This document shows positions 30,002 to 38,617 of a DNA stretch of 64,000 bases, in pieces. Under the pieces are notes generated by a model. The model was not told the DNA's origin. It saw only the letters and a list, made by a program, of their open reading frames with translations, and did not search any database. Every line of letters starts with the position of its first letter. The first letter of the stretch is position 1. Both the position numbers and the translations under genes were made by a program. This stretch comes from Flavobacteriales bacterium (GTDB lineage Bacteria; Bacteroidota; Bacteroidia; Flavobacteriales_F; PHOS-HE28), in assembly GCA_019638085.1 (NCBI GenBank), contig JAHBUL010000001.1:127630-191629 (forward strand). Reading direction: 5' to 3'.

Positions 30002-31470
30002 GTGGTAGTGCGCAGCGAATGCACCACGGAGTACCAGCCCACCAGCCCGAAGCCGAGCGCCAACATGATGTGGTAGGGCAAGAGCCCGAGGTCGCCGGTG
30101 CGGAAGCCGATCACGATGCCCCATACCGCATAAGCCGCGATCGCGCCTTCCAACACAGTGATCGGACTGATCACGCTCTTCCAATAGCCATCACGGCGGA
30201 TCGCCTTGTCGCCTTTGTCGCCACCGAGCTTCGGGGTCCGCAAGAACGGAGTGCGACGTCCTGCGTAGCCCTCCAGTACAGCGATGGCATTGTGCAGCGA
30301 AAGGCCCATGCTTACGGAAAGGAACAACGGGAAGGTCCACAGGAACCGCAGGGTGCCGCGCCATTCGGGCATGTCCTTGCGGTGGGCGATCCAATAGAAC
30401 ACCACCAGCACCAGCAAGGCGAACGTGAAGACGATCGCAATGTTGAACAGCATGCGCAGTTCGGGATGGTCCTGTTTCACCAGCAGCACGGGTACGCTAA
30501 GCAGGGCCGTGCCGAGGATGCACACGAAAACGGTGCTGTTCATCAAGTGGAAGAGCGCGTGGACCTTCGTGGAGAATGACAACGCGGGATCGCGGAGCAC
30601 GCTCGGTAGGTTTTTCACCACGCACTCCGCCGCGCCCTTGTTCCAGCGGTATTGCTGCGTCTTCAGCGCGTTCATGGCAGCGAGCAGTTCGGCGGGCGAC
30701 ACCACGTTCTCCAAGTAGTGGAACTGCCAACCTTTCAACTGTGCGCGGTAGCTCAGGTCGAGGTCCTCGGTGAGCGTATCGGGTCGCCAACCGCCCGCAT
30801 CCGTGATGCATGCCTTGCGGCAAACACCCGCCGTGCCGTTGAAATTGATGAAGCGGCCCATGGTGTTCCGGCCCACCTGCTCTACGGAGAAGTGCGCGTC
30901 CAGCCCGAAGGCCTGCAGGCGCGTGAGCAGGTTGCTGTCGCGGTTGATGTGGCCCCAGCAGGTCTGCACCATGCCGATCCCCGGATCGTTGAACCACGGG
31001 ACCACCGCTTGGAGCAGGTCCGTTGGTGGAAGGAAATCGGCATCGAAAATGGCGATCAGTTCACCCTTCGCGCGTTCCGTTCCGTAGGCCAACGCACCGG
31101 CCTTGAAGCCCGTGCGGTCCGGCCTGCGGATCAGCGTTATGTCAATGCCCTGCGCCTGCCAATGCGCAACGCGTTCCGCGGCCAACCGGGTGGTCTCGTC
31201 CGTGCTATCGTCCAGCACCTGCACCTCGAAGCGGTCGTGCGGCCAATCCATTTTCGCCACTTGGTCGATCAGCCGTTCCACCACGTGGCGCTCGTTGTAC
31301 AGGGGCAATTGCACCGTTACCAATGGCCGCTTGCCGAAGACGGGCGGGGGCATCATCCGCACGTGCTTTTCCTTGTGCAGGTAGGCCCAGGTGAGCTGCA
31401 ACTGTACCACGCTGAAGAGCAGGATGAAGCTCAACAACAGGCCGTAAACGATGAGCAGTGCGATGGCCAT
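29998..31470 (-). CDS. Processive family-2 glycosyltransferase (cellulose/chitin-synthase-like, membrane-embedded)
   Basis: DDSTDET and downstream D motifs, QQYRW (QxxRW) motif, N-terminal TM plus C-terminal TM bundle; start at internal Met 31470. Confidence 0.75.
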   Translation of the reverse strand: MAIALLIVYGLLLSFILLFSVVQLQLTWAYLHKEKHVRMMPPPVFGKRPLVTVQLPLYNERHVVERLIDQVAKMDWPHDRFEVQVLDDSTDETTRLAAERVAHWQAQGIDITLIRRPDRTGFKAGALAYGTERAKGELIAIFDADFLPPTDLLQAVVPWFNDPGIGMVQTCWGHINRDSNLLTRLQAFGLDAHFSVEQVGRNTMGRFINFNGTAGVCRKACITDAGGWRPDTLTEDLDLSYRAQLKGWQFHYLENVVSPAELLAAMNALKTQQYRWNKGAAECVVKNLPSVLRDPALSFSTKVHALFHLMNSTVFVCILGTALLSVPVLLVKQDHPELRMLFNIAIVFTFALLVLVVFYWIAHRKDMPEWRGTLRFLWTFPLFLSVSMGLSLHNAIAVLEGYAGRRTPFLRTPKLGGDKGDKAIRRDGYWKSVISPITVLEGAIAAYAVWGIVIGFRTGDLGLLPYHIMLALGFGLVGWYSVVHSLRTTT

Positions 31471-32162
31471 CAGCGGTATTTGATGATGGTGGTGATGATC
31501 TTCCAGCCCGCCAGCACCGAGCCCTTCACCGTGCCGCTGATCTTCGAAAAGCCGATCCGCTTGCGGTAATCCACGGGCACTTCCGTGATCCGCAGGCGCT
31601 GTTTCGCGGCCTTCAGTTGCATCTCCACCGTCCACCCGAAGGTACGATCGCGCATGCCCATGGCCTGAAGCGCTTCCCAACGCACGGCACTGAACGGGCC
31701 GAGATCAGTGTATTTCACGCCGTAGAAAAGCTTGAGCATTCGTGTTGCCAACCAGTTGCCGAAGATCTGCTGGGGCATCATGCTGCCCGCATCACGATGG
31801 CCCAACGCACGCGAACCGATCACGAAGTCGGCATGTCCCTCGACGATCGGCGTGACCACTTCCGTCATCTGCTCCGGGTGGTCGCTGTTGTCCGCGTCGA
31901 TGAAAACCACGATGTCCGGCGGCGGCTCGTGCGTGGCTACCTGCGCAATGCCCTTCAAGCAGGCATTGCCGTAGCCGCGCTCCGGCTGGTCCACCACGAT
32001 GGCGCCCGCAGCCCGGGCCATCTCGCTGGTCTTGTCGCTGCTGGCGTTGTTCACCACCACGATATGGCGCACCAATCCTTTAGGGATGTCGCGCACCACC
32101 AGGCCCACGGCCTCCTGCTCATTGAAAGCGGGGATGATGACGTCGATGATCGGTGCTGGCAT
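31470..32162 (-). CDS. Family-2 glycosyltransferase, dolichyl/polyprenyl-phosphate sugar synthase-like
   Basis: N-terminus IIPAFNEQEAV and DAD-type motif FIDADNSD; stop overlaps the start of the next gene. Confidence 0.75.
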   Translation of the reverse strand: MPAPIIDVIIPAFNEQEAVGLVVRDIPKGLVRHIVVVNNASSDKTSEMARAAGAIVVDQPERGYGNACLKGIAQVATHEPPPDIVVFIDADNSDHPEQMTEVVTPIVEGHADFVIGSRALGHRDAGSMMPQQIFGNWLATRMLKLFYGVKYTDLGPFSAVRWEALQAMGMRDRTFGWTVEMQLKAAKQRLRITEVPVDYRKRIGFSKISGTVKGSVLAGWKIITTIIKYR

Positions 32163-32303
32163 GGCCCTCTGGCGGGGTTGCGAAGAAACGGCTTCGCACG
32201 CCGATGTGGTTTACATACGGTGTAGCGGTGCCTCGTGGTTGGTCGTGATCCGAGGAGGAACTGACAGTTTCGAAACAAAGGCAACGGTGAAGCCCGCAAA
32301 TGC

Positions 32304-33878
32304 CTAACGCAACGTTGCGCCAGTCTTCCCGATGGCGATTGGATCGCTGCTGAAACGCCCAGGGACCTTTCCGTTCTCCAACTTCAGTACTCCCCTTGGG
32401 CACGCCGCTGCGCAGATGCCGCAACCCACGCAGCTGGAGCGCACGATGTTCTCGCCGCGTTGCGCGTAGCTGCGCACGTCGATGCCCATTTCGCAGTAGG
32501 TGCTGCAGTTGCCGCAGCTGATGCACTGCCCGCCGTTGGTGGTGATGCGGAAGCGCGAGAAGAAGCGCTGTTGCATGCCGAGGATCGCCGCCATGGGGCA
32601 ACCGAAGCGACACCACACGCGGCTGCCCATCAGCGGATAGAAGCCCACGCCTATCACGCCGTTGAAGATGGAGCCGATCGCGAAGCCGTAGGTTTTCCGC
32701 AGCGGATAGCTCTGCACGAAGAAGATGTCGCCGCGACCCGTGAAGTAGGCCCACGCCGTGAAACCGATGAGCAGCACCGCGACGCCGATGCCGACGAAGC
32801 GGGCGGTCCGGTCGATCTCCTTCACCATGCCGGGCCGGATCAGCAGTACGGCGGCCACCGCACCGAGGACGATCACGATGATGCCGAGCAACATGCCGCG
32901 CGTCACCCAAAAGCCTTTCGCACTGTCGCTGCCGAGGTAGCTGTAGATCAGCGCTGCCGTCATCAACACCGCGAAGACGAGCACCGCATGGATCACCCAG
33001 CGCTCGATCTTCCAGGCCTTCACGCTCTTGTCGCTGAGCTGCCGGAAGGGATCGCCCGCCGTTTCCGCCAAGCCGCCGCAACCGCAGACCCACGAGCAGT
33101 ACCAGCGCTTGCCGTAGAAGTAGGTGAGGATAGGCGAAATGATGAAGATCATCGCCACGCCGAAGAGCAGCATGAACAGGCCGAAACCGCCCGCGTCGAT
33201 CATGCCCTTCACGCTCCAATCATCGAAGAAGTAGTAGTTGAGCGGCCACATGTTCTTGAAGTCGTTGTACGGCAAACTGAGCCGCGCCAATACTTCCGGG
33301 ATCAAGAATGCGAAGCCGAGCTGGAAGAACATCACCGAGCTGGTGCGCACCACTTCGTACTTGTTGTGCCGGTATTTCAAAATGAATTTGATGCCCATTG
33401 AGAGGATGGCCACCGTGTAGAGCGTGCCGTAGACGAACCACTGCGAGGCCGGGTTGCCACTTAGAAGCCTGCTGAGCGGATCGAAGAGCGCGATGATGCC
33501 GGTGTTCGCTTTGCCATCGCCAGTGAGGCCGAGGTATTGCGGAAAGAAATAAAGCACCACGTAGAATCCCGTGAGCAGGATGCCGACCACCCACGCCACC
33601 GCGCCGCGCGAGGTGAGGCTATTGTGCCAAACGCCGTCGTTCTTGATGCCCGCCGGCCGATGCGCATACGAGCGCCAAGCATAGCCCACCGCGCCAACGC
33701 CGATGGCGAGCAGGGCTGAAGTGAGCCAAAGGCCCGCATGCGGAATTTGCTCCATCGGCAGGCTCATCAGCAAGCCGAGAACGCCCAAGGCCGCCAACGC
33801 CAGCGCGCCTTTTTGCAAGCCGTCCAAGCTCCCGCTGTGCGGTGCCGCGATCGAGAGGCTGTGGACCGAACGGCTCAT
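32304..33878 (-). CDS. Polytopic 4Fe-4S polyferredoxin of the NapH/CcoG(FixG) family
   Basis: Membrane Cys motifs CSWVCGCGG and CRFGCP plus a C-terminal 2x[4Fe-4S] ferredoxin domain (CISCGNCSTYC...CVGCGICAAACP). Confidence 0.75.
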   Translation of the reverse strand: MSRSVHSLSIAAPHSGSLDGLQKGALALAALGVLGLLMSLPMEQIPHAGLWLTSALLAIGVGAVGYAWRSYAHRPAGIKNDGVWHNSLTSRGAVAWVVGILLTGFYVVLYFFPQYLGLTGDGKANTGIIALFDPLSRLLSGNPASQWFVYGTLYTVAILSMGIKFILKYRHNKYEVVRTSSVMFFQLGFAFLIPEVLARLSLPYNDFKNMWPLNYYFFDDWSVKGMIDAGGFGLFMLLFGVAMIFIISPILTYFYGKRWYCSWVCGCGGLAETAGDPFRQLSDKSVKAWKIERWVIHAVLVFAVLMTAALIYSYLGSDSAKGFWVTRGMLLGIIVIVLGAVAAVLLIRPGMVKEIDRTARFVGIGVAVLLIGFTAWAYFTGRGDIFFVQSYPLRKTYGFAIGSIFNGVIGVGFYPLMGSRVWCRFGCPMAAILGMQQRFFSRFRITTNGGQCISCGNCSTYCEMGIDVRSYAQRGENIVRSSCVGCGICAAACPRGVLKLENGKVPGRFSSDPIAIGKTGATLR

Positions 33879-35176
33879 GCGATAACGGTATTTCCTTGTT
33901 TGAATGAAGCACGGATGGCGGGCTCGGAACGGTGGTGGAGCTCGGGGTCGAATGCGGCTTCGTGCAAGTGTTCCACCACGTGATCCACGGTCGTTCTTTC
34001 GCGCAGCCAGCGATCGAACACTTCATGCCGCAAACGGAAGCCGAAGCTGTTCACGCCGTGCAGCACGCGGTTTTTCGCGTTCCACACCAAGTGCAGCGCG
34101 GACTTTCCGTTGGGATGTTCCCAGTAATGTCCGGCCTCGCCGTCCTGCAATTCGTTGCGCACCCAGCCGTAGGTCTGGTATTCAATGTCGAAGAACTTCG
34201 CGCTGTTGAACCAGATGCCGGGATCGTACGCGGTGCGATCGCCAGTGAGCGTGCGGGCCACGGTCTCTCCCATCAATCGACCGGTGTACCACACCTGCTC
34301 GATGTTCTTCCGCTGCGGATCGGGATGTTCGTGGAATTCCACGCAGTCGCCGATCGCGAAGACGTCCGCTGCGCTGGTCTCCAAGTAGGTGTTCACCAGC
34401 ACGCCCTTTTTCGTTTTGATGCCCGGACTTTCCTTCAGCCACTTGATGTTCGGGTGTACGCCGACCGCAAGCCCGACAAAGCCGCAATCGATGGTGTCGC
34501 CGCCCTTCGTTCGCACCGCTTGCACGCGTCCGTCAGCACCCGCGAGCACTTCTTCCAATTCCGTGTTGAAATGCAGGTCCACGCCATGCTCGCGCATGTG
34601 CCGCGTGATCAGGTCCGCTTCCTGCTTTGGAAGAATGCCGCCCCAGAAACTGTCCTCGCGCACGAAGAAGGTCACTTCAATGTTCCGCGTGCGCAGCATC
34701 TCCGCCATCTCCACGCCGATCAATCCGCCGCCCACGATCACCGCGCGCGAAATGCCCTTCGTGTTGGCTTCCATCGCTTCCACGTCCTGCAAGCTGTACA
34801 GGCCCTGCACGCCGGGCAGGTCCTGCCCGGGCCAGCCGAACATATTGCTCTCGCTGCCGGTGGCGATGATGAGTTTGTCGTAGTCGACCGCACTGCCATT
34901 GCTCAACATCACGGATTTTTTTTCGGTGTCGATCCGCGCCACCTTGGCGTGCTTCAACGCGATGCGGTTCTTTGCCCAGAAATGGTCCTCGTAGGGCTTG
35001 ATGTCGCGATAGCGCATGTGGCCCATGTACAGGTACATCAGCGCGGTGCGGCTGAAGAAATGCTCGCTTTCCTTGCCGATCACGGTGATCCGCGCATCGC
35101 TCCGTTTGCGGATGTGCCGCGCCGCCGTGATGCCGCTGATGCCGTTGCCGATGATGACGATGCGATCGTTGCTCAT
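33875..35176 (-). CDS. FAD/NAD(P)-dependent pyridine-nucleotide-disulfide-family oxidoreductase
   Basis: N-terminal IVIIGNGISG Rossmann motif and a second NAD(P) motif VIVGGGLIG; ATGA overlap with the polyferredoxin gene. Confidence 0.8.
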   Translation of the reverse strand: MSNDRIVIIGNGISGITAARHIRKRSDARITVIGKESEHFFSRTALMYLYMGHMRYRDIKPYEDHFWAKNRIALKHAKVARIDTEKKSVMLSNGSAVDYDKLIIATGSESNMFGWPGQDLPGVQGLYSLQDVEAMEANTKGISRAVIVGGGLIGVEMAEMLRTRNIEVTFFVREDSFWGGILPKQEADLITRHMREHGVDLHFNTELEEVLAGADGRVQAVRTKGGDTIDCGFVGLAVGVHPNIKWLKESPGIKTKKGVLVNTYLETSAADVFAIGDCVEFHEHPDPQRKNIEQVWYTGRLMGETVARTLTGDRTAYDPGIWFNSAKFFDIEYQTYGWVRNELQDGEAGHYWEHPNGKSALHLVWNAKNRVLHGVNSFGFRLRHEVFDRWLRERTTVDHVVEHLHEAAFDPELHHRSEPAIRASFKQGNTVIA

Positions 35177-35227
35177 GTGCGAAATTTGTGCGATGCGCGT
35201 GCCTCATTGGCTGTCGCGATCATCACA

Positions 35228-35563
35228 ATGTACCTGACAACACGGCTAGCCTTCTCCCTGTTCTTAGGACTTGCCACTCTGCATCCTGGGAAATTGCAGG
35301 CGCAGAAGATCGATGGGGTTTGCTTCAGCGCTCCACCGCGAGAGGACTGCAACAGCAACATTGCGCATGTGGAAGCCATCGGCGCCAACTGGCTCGGAGG
35401 ATACAAGAGCGGCCACGAAGAGCGACAAGGGAATGGATTTTCACCGCAAGGGAAGGCAGCCTTGAACGTGCTGCGCAAGGAGAACAAGGGGGAGTACGGA
35501 GAGCACAGAAAGTATGAATCAACGCAACCGTGCTATCTTCGGGAGAACCGGATGGGATCCTGA
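35228..35563 (+). CDS. Candidate small secreted hypothetical protein (about 111 aa)
   Basis: 3' portion of long antisense ORF 33932..35563 that lies beyond the oxidoreductase gene; Met at 35228 with signal-like MYLTTRLAFSLFLGLATL and a charged C-terminal half. Confidence 0.3.
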   Translation: MYLTTRLAFSLFLGLATLHPGKLQAQKIDGVCFSAPPREDCNSNIAHVEAIGANWLGGYKSGHEERQGNGFSPQGKAALNVLRKENKGEYGEHRKYESTQPCYLRENRMGS

Positions 35564-35606
35564 TGTCAGGAAAGCTTGACGATCACGACGTCTTCGGTGG
35601 AACACC

Positions 35607-36218
35607 ATGCGTAACTGGACCACGACCATTCCTCTTTTGCTTGCCACGTTTTGTGGCACGGTGGAAGCGTATGCGCAAGAACATCCTTTTCTTTCCGAGT
35701 ATTCGCTGAACGAACTTTCCAATGGCGTGCTGGTCACTTGGACCATCCATGGTGGAAGCACATGCGACGGACAAGAAGTGCAGCGCTCCACGGACAGCCT
35801 GAACTTTACGACGGTGCATGTGATCCAAGGGATCTGCGGAAGCCCGGAAAGTTCCACGCCCTACATCTGGTTCGACCCTACACCGCCCGAACTCAGCAAG
35901 GTCTACTACAAATTGAAATTGGGTTTTGATGGATACAGCTCGGTGAAATCCGTGTTCTTCGCCCAGCTCAACGAAAGTGAACAGCGCTTCTTCCCCAATC
36001 CTGTGACGGATGTGGCGACCTTGGTGGTGGATGCAAAGCCGAACACCCCGGTGGACCTGCTTGTTTTCGATGGGTCCGGGAAACTGGTGGTTAGCTTGAA
36101 CGGACTGAACGGGCCGACCTTGGATGTGCCCGTGCGTAAGCTACCGGCCGGGGTGTACAGTTATCGTGCGAGCACGCCGACAGGCCGCTCATTCAGTGGT
36201 CGCTTCGTGAAAAACTGA
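35607..36218 (+). CDS. Small T9SS-secreted protein (type-A CTD)
   Basis: Signal peptide plus C-terminal FFPNPVTDVATLVV...GVYSY CTD. Confidence 0.7.
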   Translation: MRNWTTTIPLLLATFCGTVEAYAQEHPFLSEYSLNELSNGVLVTWTIHGGSTCDGQEVQRSTDSLNFTTVHVIQGICGSPESSTPYIWFDPTPPELSKVYYKLKLGFDGYSSVKSVFFAQLNESEQRFFPNPVTDVATLVVDAKPNTPVDLLVFDGSGKLVVSLNGLNGPTLDVPVRKLPAGVYSYRASTPTGRSFSGRFVKN

Positions 36219-36230
36219 AACGCACAAAAA

Positions 36231-36263
36231 AAGCAGGCACTTGCGATCCGCAAACGCCTGCTT
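36231..36263. terminator. Bidirectional rho-independent terminator between convergent genes
   Basis: AAAAAAA-AGCAGGC...(nested TTGCG-ATC-CGCAA)...GCCTGCT-TTT. Confidence 0.6.
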
Positions 36264-36278
36264 TCAAGGATGTTCGGT

Positions 36279-36602
36279 TCAGACTTCCTTCACCTCGGCG
36301 ATCGGCGCATTCTTCTTCACGCTCTCGATGCCCCCATCGCGTGAGCTTTCGGTGGTATACACTTGGCTGGAGCCGATCACTTGCTTGTTGGCGGCGAGCA
36401 GGTTGAACGAGGCACCAGCATCTGTGGTCTTGCATTCGTAGTTGGCATCGTCAGACGCGTTGGCCTTCACGCTCTCGATTCCGTTCGTGGCGGATGCCTT
36501 GGAGGTGTAGCCTTGGCTGGCCAAGATGATCTCGCCGTTCCCGGCCTTCAAGCGAAAACGGAATTGATCGGCTTTATCGGTATACAATTCAAATGTTGCC
36601 AT
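36279..36602 (-). CDS. DUF1508 (YegP-like) tandem-domain protein
   Basis: Two YegP repeats (FELYTDKADQFRFRLKAGNGEII; ECKTTDAGASFNLLAANKQVI). Confidence 0.8.
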   Translation of the reverse strand: MATFELYTDKADQFRFRLKAGNGEIILASQGYTSKASATNGIESVKANASDDANYECKTTDAGASFNLLAANKQVIGSSQVYTTESSRDGGIESVKKNAPIAEVKEV

Positions 36603-36656
36603 GGTCTTCAGAGGTTTTAGTGATGAACAGAAGGTTCGCAGCTAAGGTAAGATTCT

Positions 36657-36685
36657 GTGAGAAAAGCCTAACGCATTTAGGCCTC
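36657..36685 (-). terminator. Candidate rho-independent terminator just after sufB
   Basis: On the minus strand: GGCCTAA-ATGCG-TTAGGC followed by TTTTCTC, starting about 25 nt past the sufB stop. Confidence 0.45.
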
Positions 36686-36707
36686 AACCCGCAACGGATC
36701 GTGGTCC

Positions 36708-38156
36708 TTACCCGACACTCCCCTCCAAACTCACCGCCAGCAATTTCTGCGCTTCAACTGCAAACTCCATGGGCAGCTGGTTCAGAACATCCTTGCAGTA
36801 GCCGTTCACGATCAAGCTGATCGCTTTCTCGGGAGGTATGCCGCGCTGGTTCAGGTAGAAGAGCTGGTCCTCACCGATCTTGCTCGTGGTGGCCTCGTGC
36901 TCCACCATGGCGCTCGGGTTCTCACTTTCGATATACGGGAAGGTATGTGCTCCGCAACGGTCGCCGAGCAGGAGCGAATCGCACTGGCTGAAGTTGCGCG
37001 CACCCTGTGCGCCCTTTCCGATCCTTACCAGGCCGCGATAGCTGTTGTTGCTGCGCCCGGCGCTGATACCCTTGCTGATGATGGTGCTCTTGGTGCCTTT
37101 GCCGATGTGGATCATTTTGGTCCCCGTGTCGGCCTGTTGCTTGAACTTGGTGAGGGCCACGCTGTAGAATTCGCCTACGCTGTTGTCGCCCTTAAGCACG
37201 CAACTGGGGTATTTCCAAGTGATGGCACTACCGGTCTCCACCTGCGTCCAGCTGATCTTGCTGCGGTCGCCCAGGCACAGGCCACGTTTGGTGACGAAGT
37301 TGTACACCCCACCCACGCCGTGCTCATCCCCGGGGTACCAGTTCTGTACGGTGCTGTACTTGATCTCCGCATCCTTCATCGCCACCAGCTCCACTACGGC
37401 GGCATGCATCTGGTTCTCGTCACGCATCGGTGCCGTGCAGCCTTCGAGGTAGCTCACGTAGGCACCTTCGTCGGCGATCAACAAGGTGCGCTCGAACTGG
37501 CCCGTGTTCGCTGAGTTGATCCGGAAGTAGGTGCTCAATTCCATGGGGCAGCGCACGCCGGGCGGGATGTAGCAGAAGCTGCCGTCGCTGAATACCGCGC
37601 TGTTCAGCGCCGCATAGAAGTTGTCCGTGCGGGGGACGACGCTCCCCAAGTATTTGCGCACCAGATCAGGATGGTTCTGTACCGCATCGCTGAAGCTGCT
37701 GAAGATGATCCCCTTCTCCTTGAGCGCCGATTGGAACGTGGTCTTCACGCTCACGCTATCGAACACCACGTCCACGGCCACACCGACCAAGCGCTTCTGT
37801 TCCTGAAGCGAGATCCCCAATTTCTCAAAGGTCTTGATCAGCTCCGGGTCGGCCTCGTCCAAGCTGTTGAGCGAAGGCTTTTGCTTCGGAGCACTATAAT
37901 AGTGGGCATCCTGGAAATCCACTGGAGGGTAGTTCACAAAGGCCCATGTGGGCTCCACCATCTTCAACCAACCCCGGAACGCCTCCAAGCGCCATTCCAG
38001 CAGCCATTCGGGCTCGTTCTTCTTGGCGCTGATGTAGCGGACGATATCCTCATTCAACCCCTTGGGGGCCAATTCACTTTCGATATCGGTAACAAAGCCG
38101 AACTCGTACTCCTTGTTGGCTACTTCCTGAAGGAGTTCGTCGCTGGTCTGAGACAT
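36708..38156 (-). CDS. sufB: Fe-S cluster assembly protein SufB
   Basis: Full-length SufB similarity (e.g. [38 protein letters not shown]). Confidence 0.9.
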   Translation of the reverse strand: MSQTSDELLQEVANKEYEFGFVTDIESELAPKGLNEDIVRYISAKKNEPEWLLEWRLEAFRGWLKMVEPTWAFVNYPPVDFQDAHYYSAPKQKPSLNSLDEADPELIKTFEKLGISLQEQKRLVGVAVDVVFDSVSVKTTFQSALKEKGIIFSSFSDAVQNHPDLVRKYLGSVVPRTDNFYAALNSAVFSDGSFCYIPPGVRCPMELSTYFRINSANTGQFERTLLIADEGAYVSYLEGCTAPMRDENQMHAAVVELVAMKDAEIKYSTVQNWYPGDEHGVGGVYNFVTKRGLCLGDRSKISWTQVETGSAITWKYPSCVLKGDNSVGEFYSVALTKFKQQADTGTKMIHIGKGTKSTIISKGISAGRSNNSYRGLVRIGKGAQGARNFSQCDSLLLGDRCGAHTFPYIESENPSAMVEHEATTSKIGEDQLFYLNQRGIPPEKAISLIVNGYCKDVLNQLPMEFAVEAQKLLAVSLEGSVG

Positions 38157-38204
38157 ATGATCGCTGATTTTTTACTGTAAGGAGAATGGATTCTTCCGGA
38201 AGGA

Positions 38205-38531
38205 CTAAATGCTGAAGCTTTCACCACAGCCACAGGTGCGGCTGGCATTGGGGTTGACGAACTGGAAACCCTTCCCGTTAAGGCCGCCACTGAATTCCAA
38301 TGTGGTACCCAACAAGTAGAGGAGGCTTTTCTTGTCCACCACCACCTTCACGCCATTGTCCTCGAACACTTTGTCGCCATCCTGCATCTTGTCGTCAAAG
38401 ACCAGATCATAGGAGAGGCCACTGCATCCACCGCCCTTAACGCCCACACGCACAAAGTGCTGTGGCCCCCGGCCTTCCATGCCGAGAAGTTTGGAGAATT
38501 CTTCTTTTGCGTTGTTACTGACCTTGATCAT
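38205..38531 (-). CDS. sufA: A-type Fe-S cluster carrier (SufA/IscA/ErpA, HesB family)
   Basis: HesB family with CSG...CGCGESF cysteine ligands. Confidence 0.85.
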   Translation of the reverse strand: MIKVSNNAKEEFSKLLGMEGRGPQHFVRVGVKGGGCSGLSYDLVFDDKMQDGDKVFEDNGVKVVVDKKSLLYLLGTTLEFSGGLNGKGFQFVNPNASRTCGCGESFSI

Positions 38532-38540
38532 GCTGGTTCG

Positions 38541-38580
38541 TTATTTAGAATCTGTCTAAATAATCTCGGCCACAAAGATA
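38541..38580 (-). promoter_or_regulatory. Candidate sufAB promoter (-7 box TATCTTTG) followed by a perfect 9-5-9 palindromic operator TTATTTAGA-CAGAT-TCTAAATAA
   Basis: Seen directly; paralogous to the module upstream of sufC. Confidence 0.55.
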
Positions 38581-38617
38581 CAAAGCAATAAAGCCGCGAA
38601 CAATGGTCGCGTATTCC

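Noticed and set aside
31471-31680. 70-aa His-rich N-terminal extension of the processive GT2 ORF (29998..31680)
   Set aside because: The extension would overlap the upstream GT2 gene by 210 nt and lacks a signal/TM start. The internal Met at 31470 gives a normal TM-led N-terminus and a 1-nt stop/start overlap.
32119-33219. 366-aa minus-strand ORF, Arg/Gly-rich
   Set aside because: Antisense frame of the polyferredoxin gene (32304-33878) in GC-rich DNA. Low-complexity RRGRFR-type composition and no motifs, so it is a shadow ORF.
33932-35227. First ~430 codons of the 543-aa plus-strand ORF 33932..35563
   Set aside because: Entirely antisense to the well-supported FAD oxidoreductase gene. Only the 3' tail beyond that gene was kept as a low-confidence candidate.
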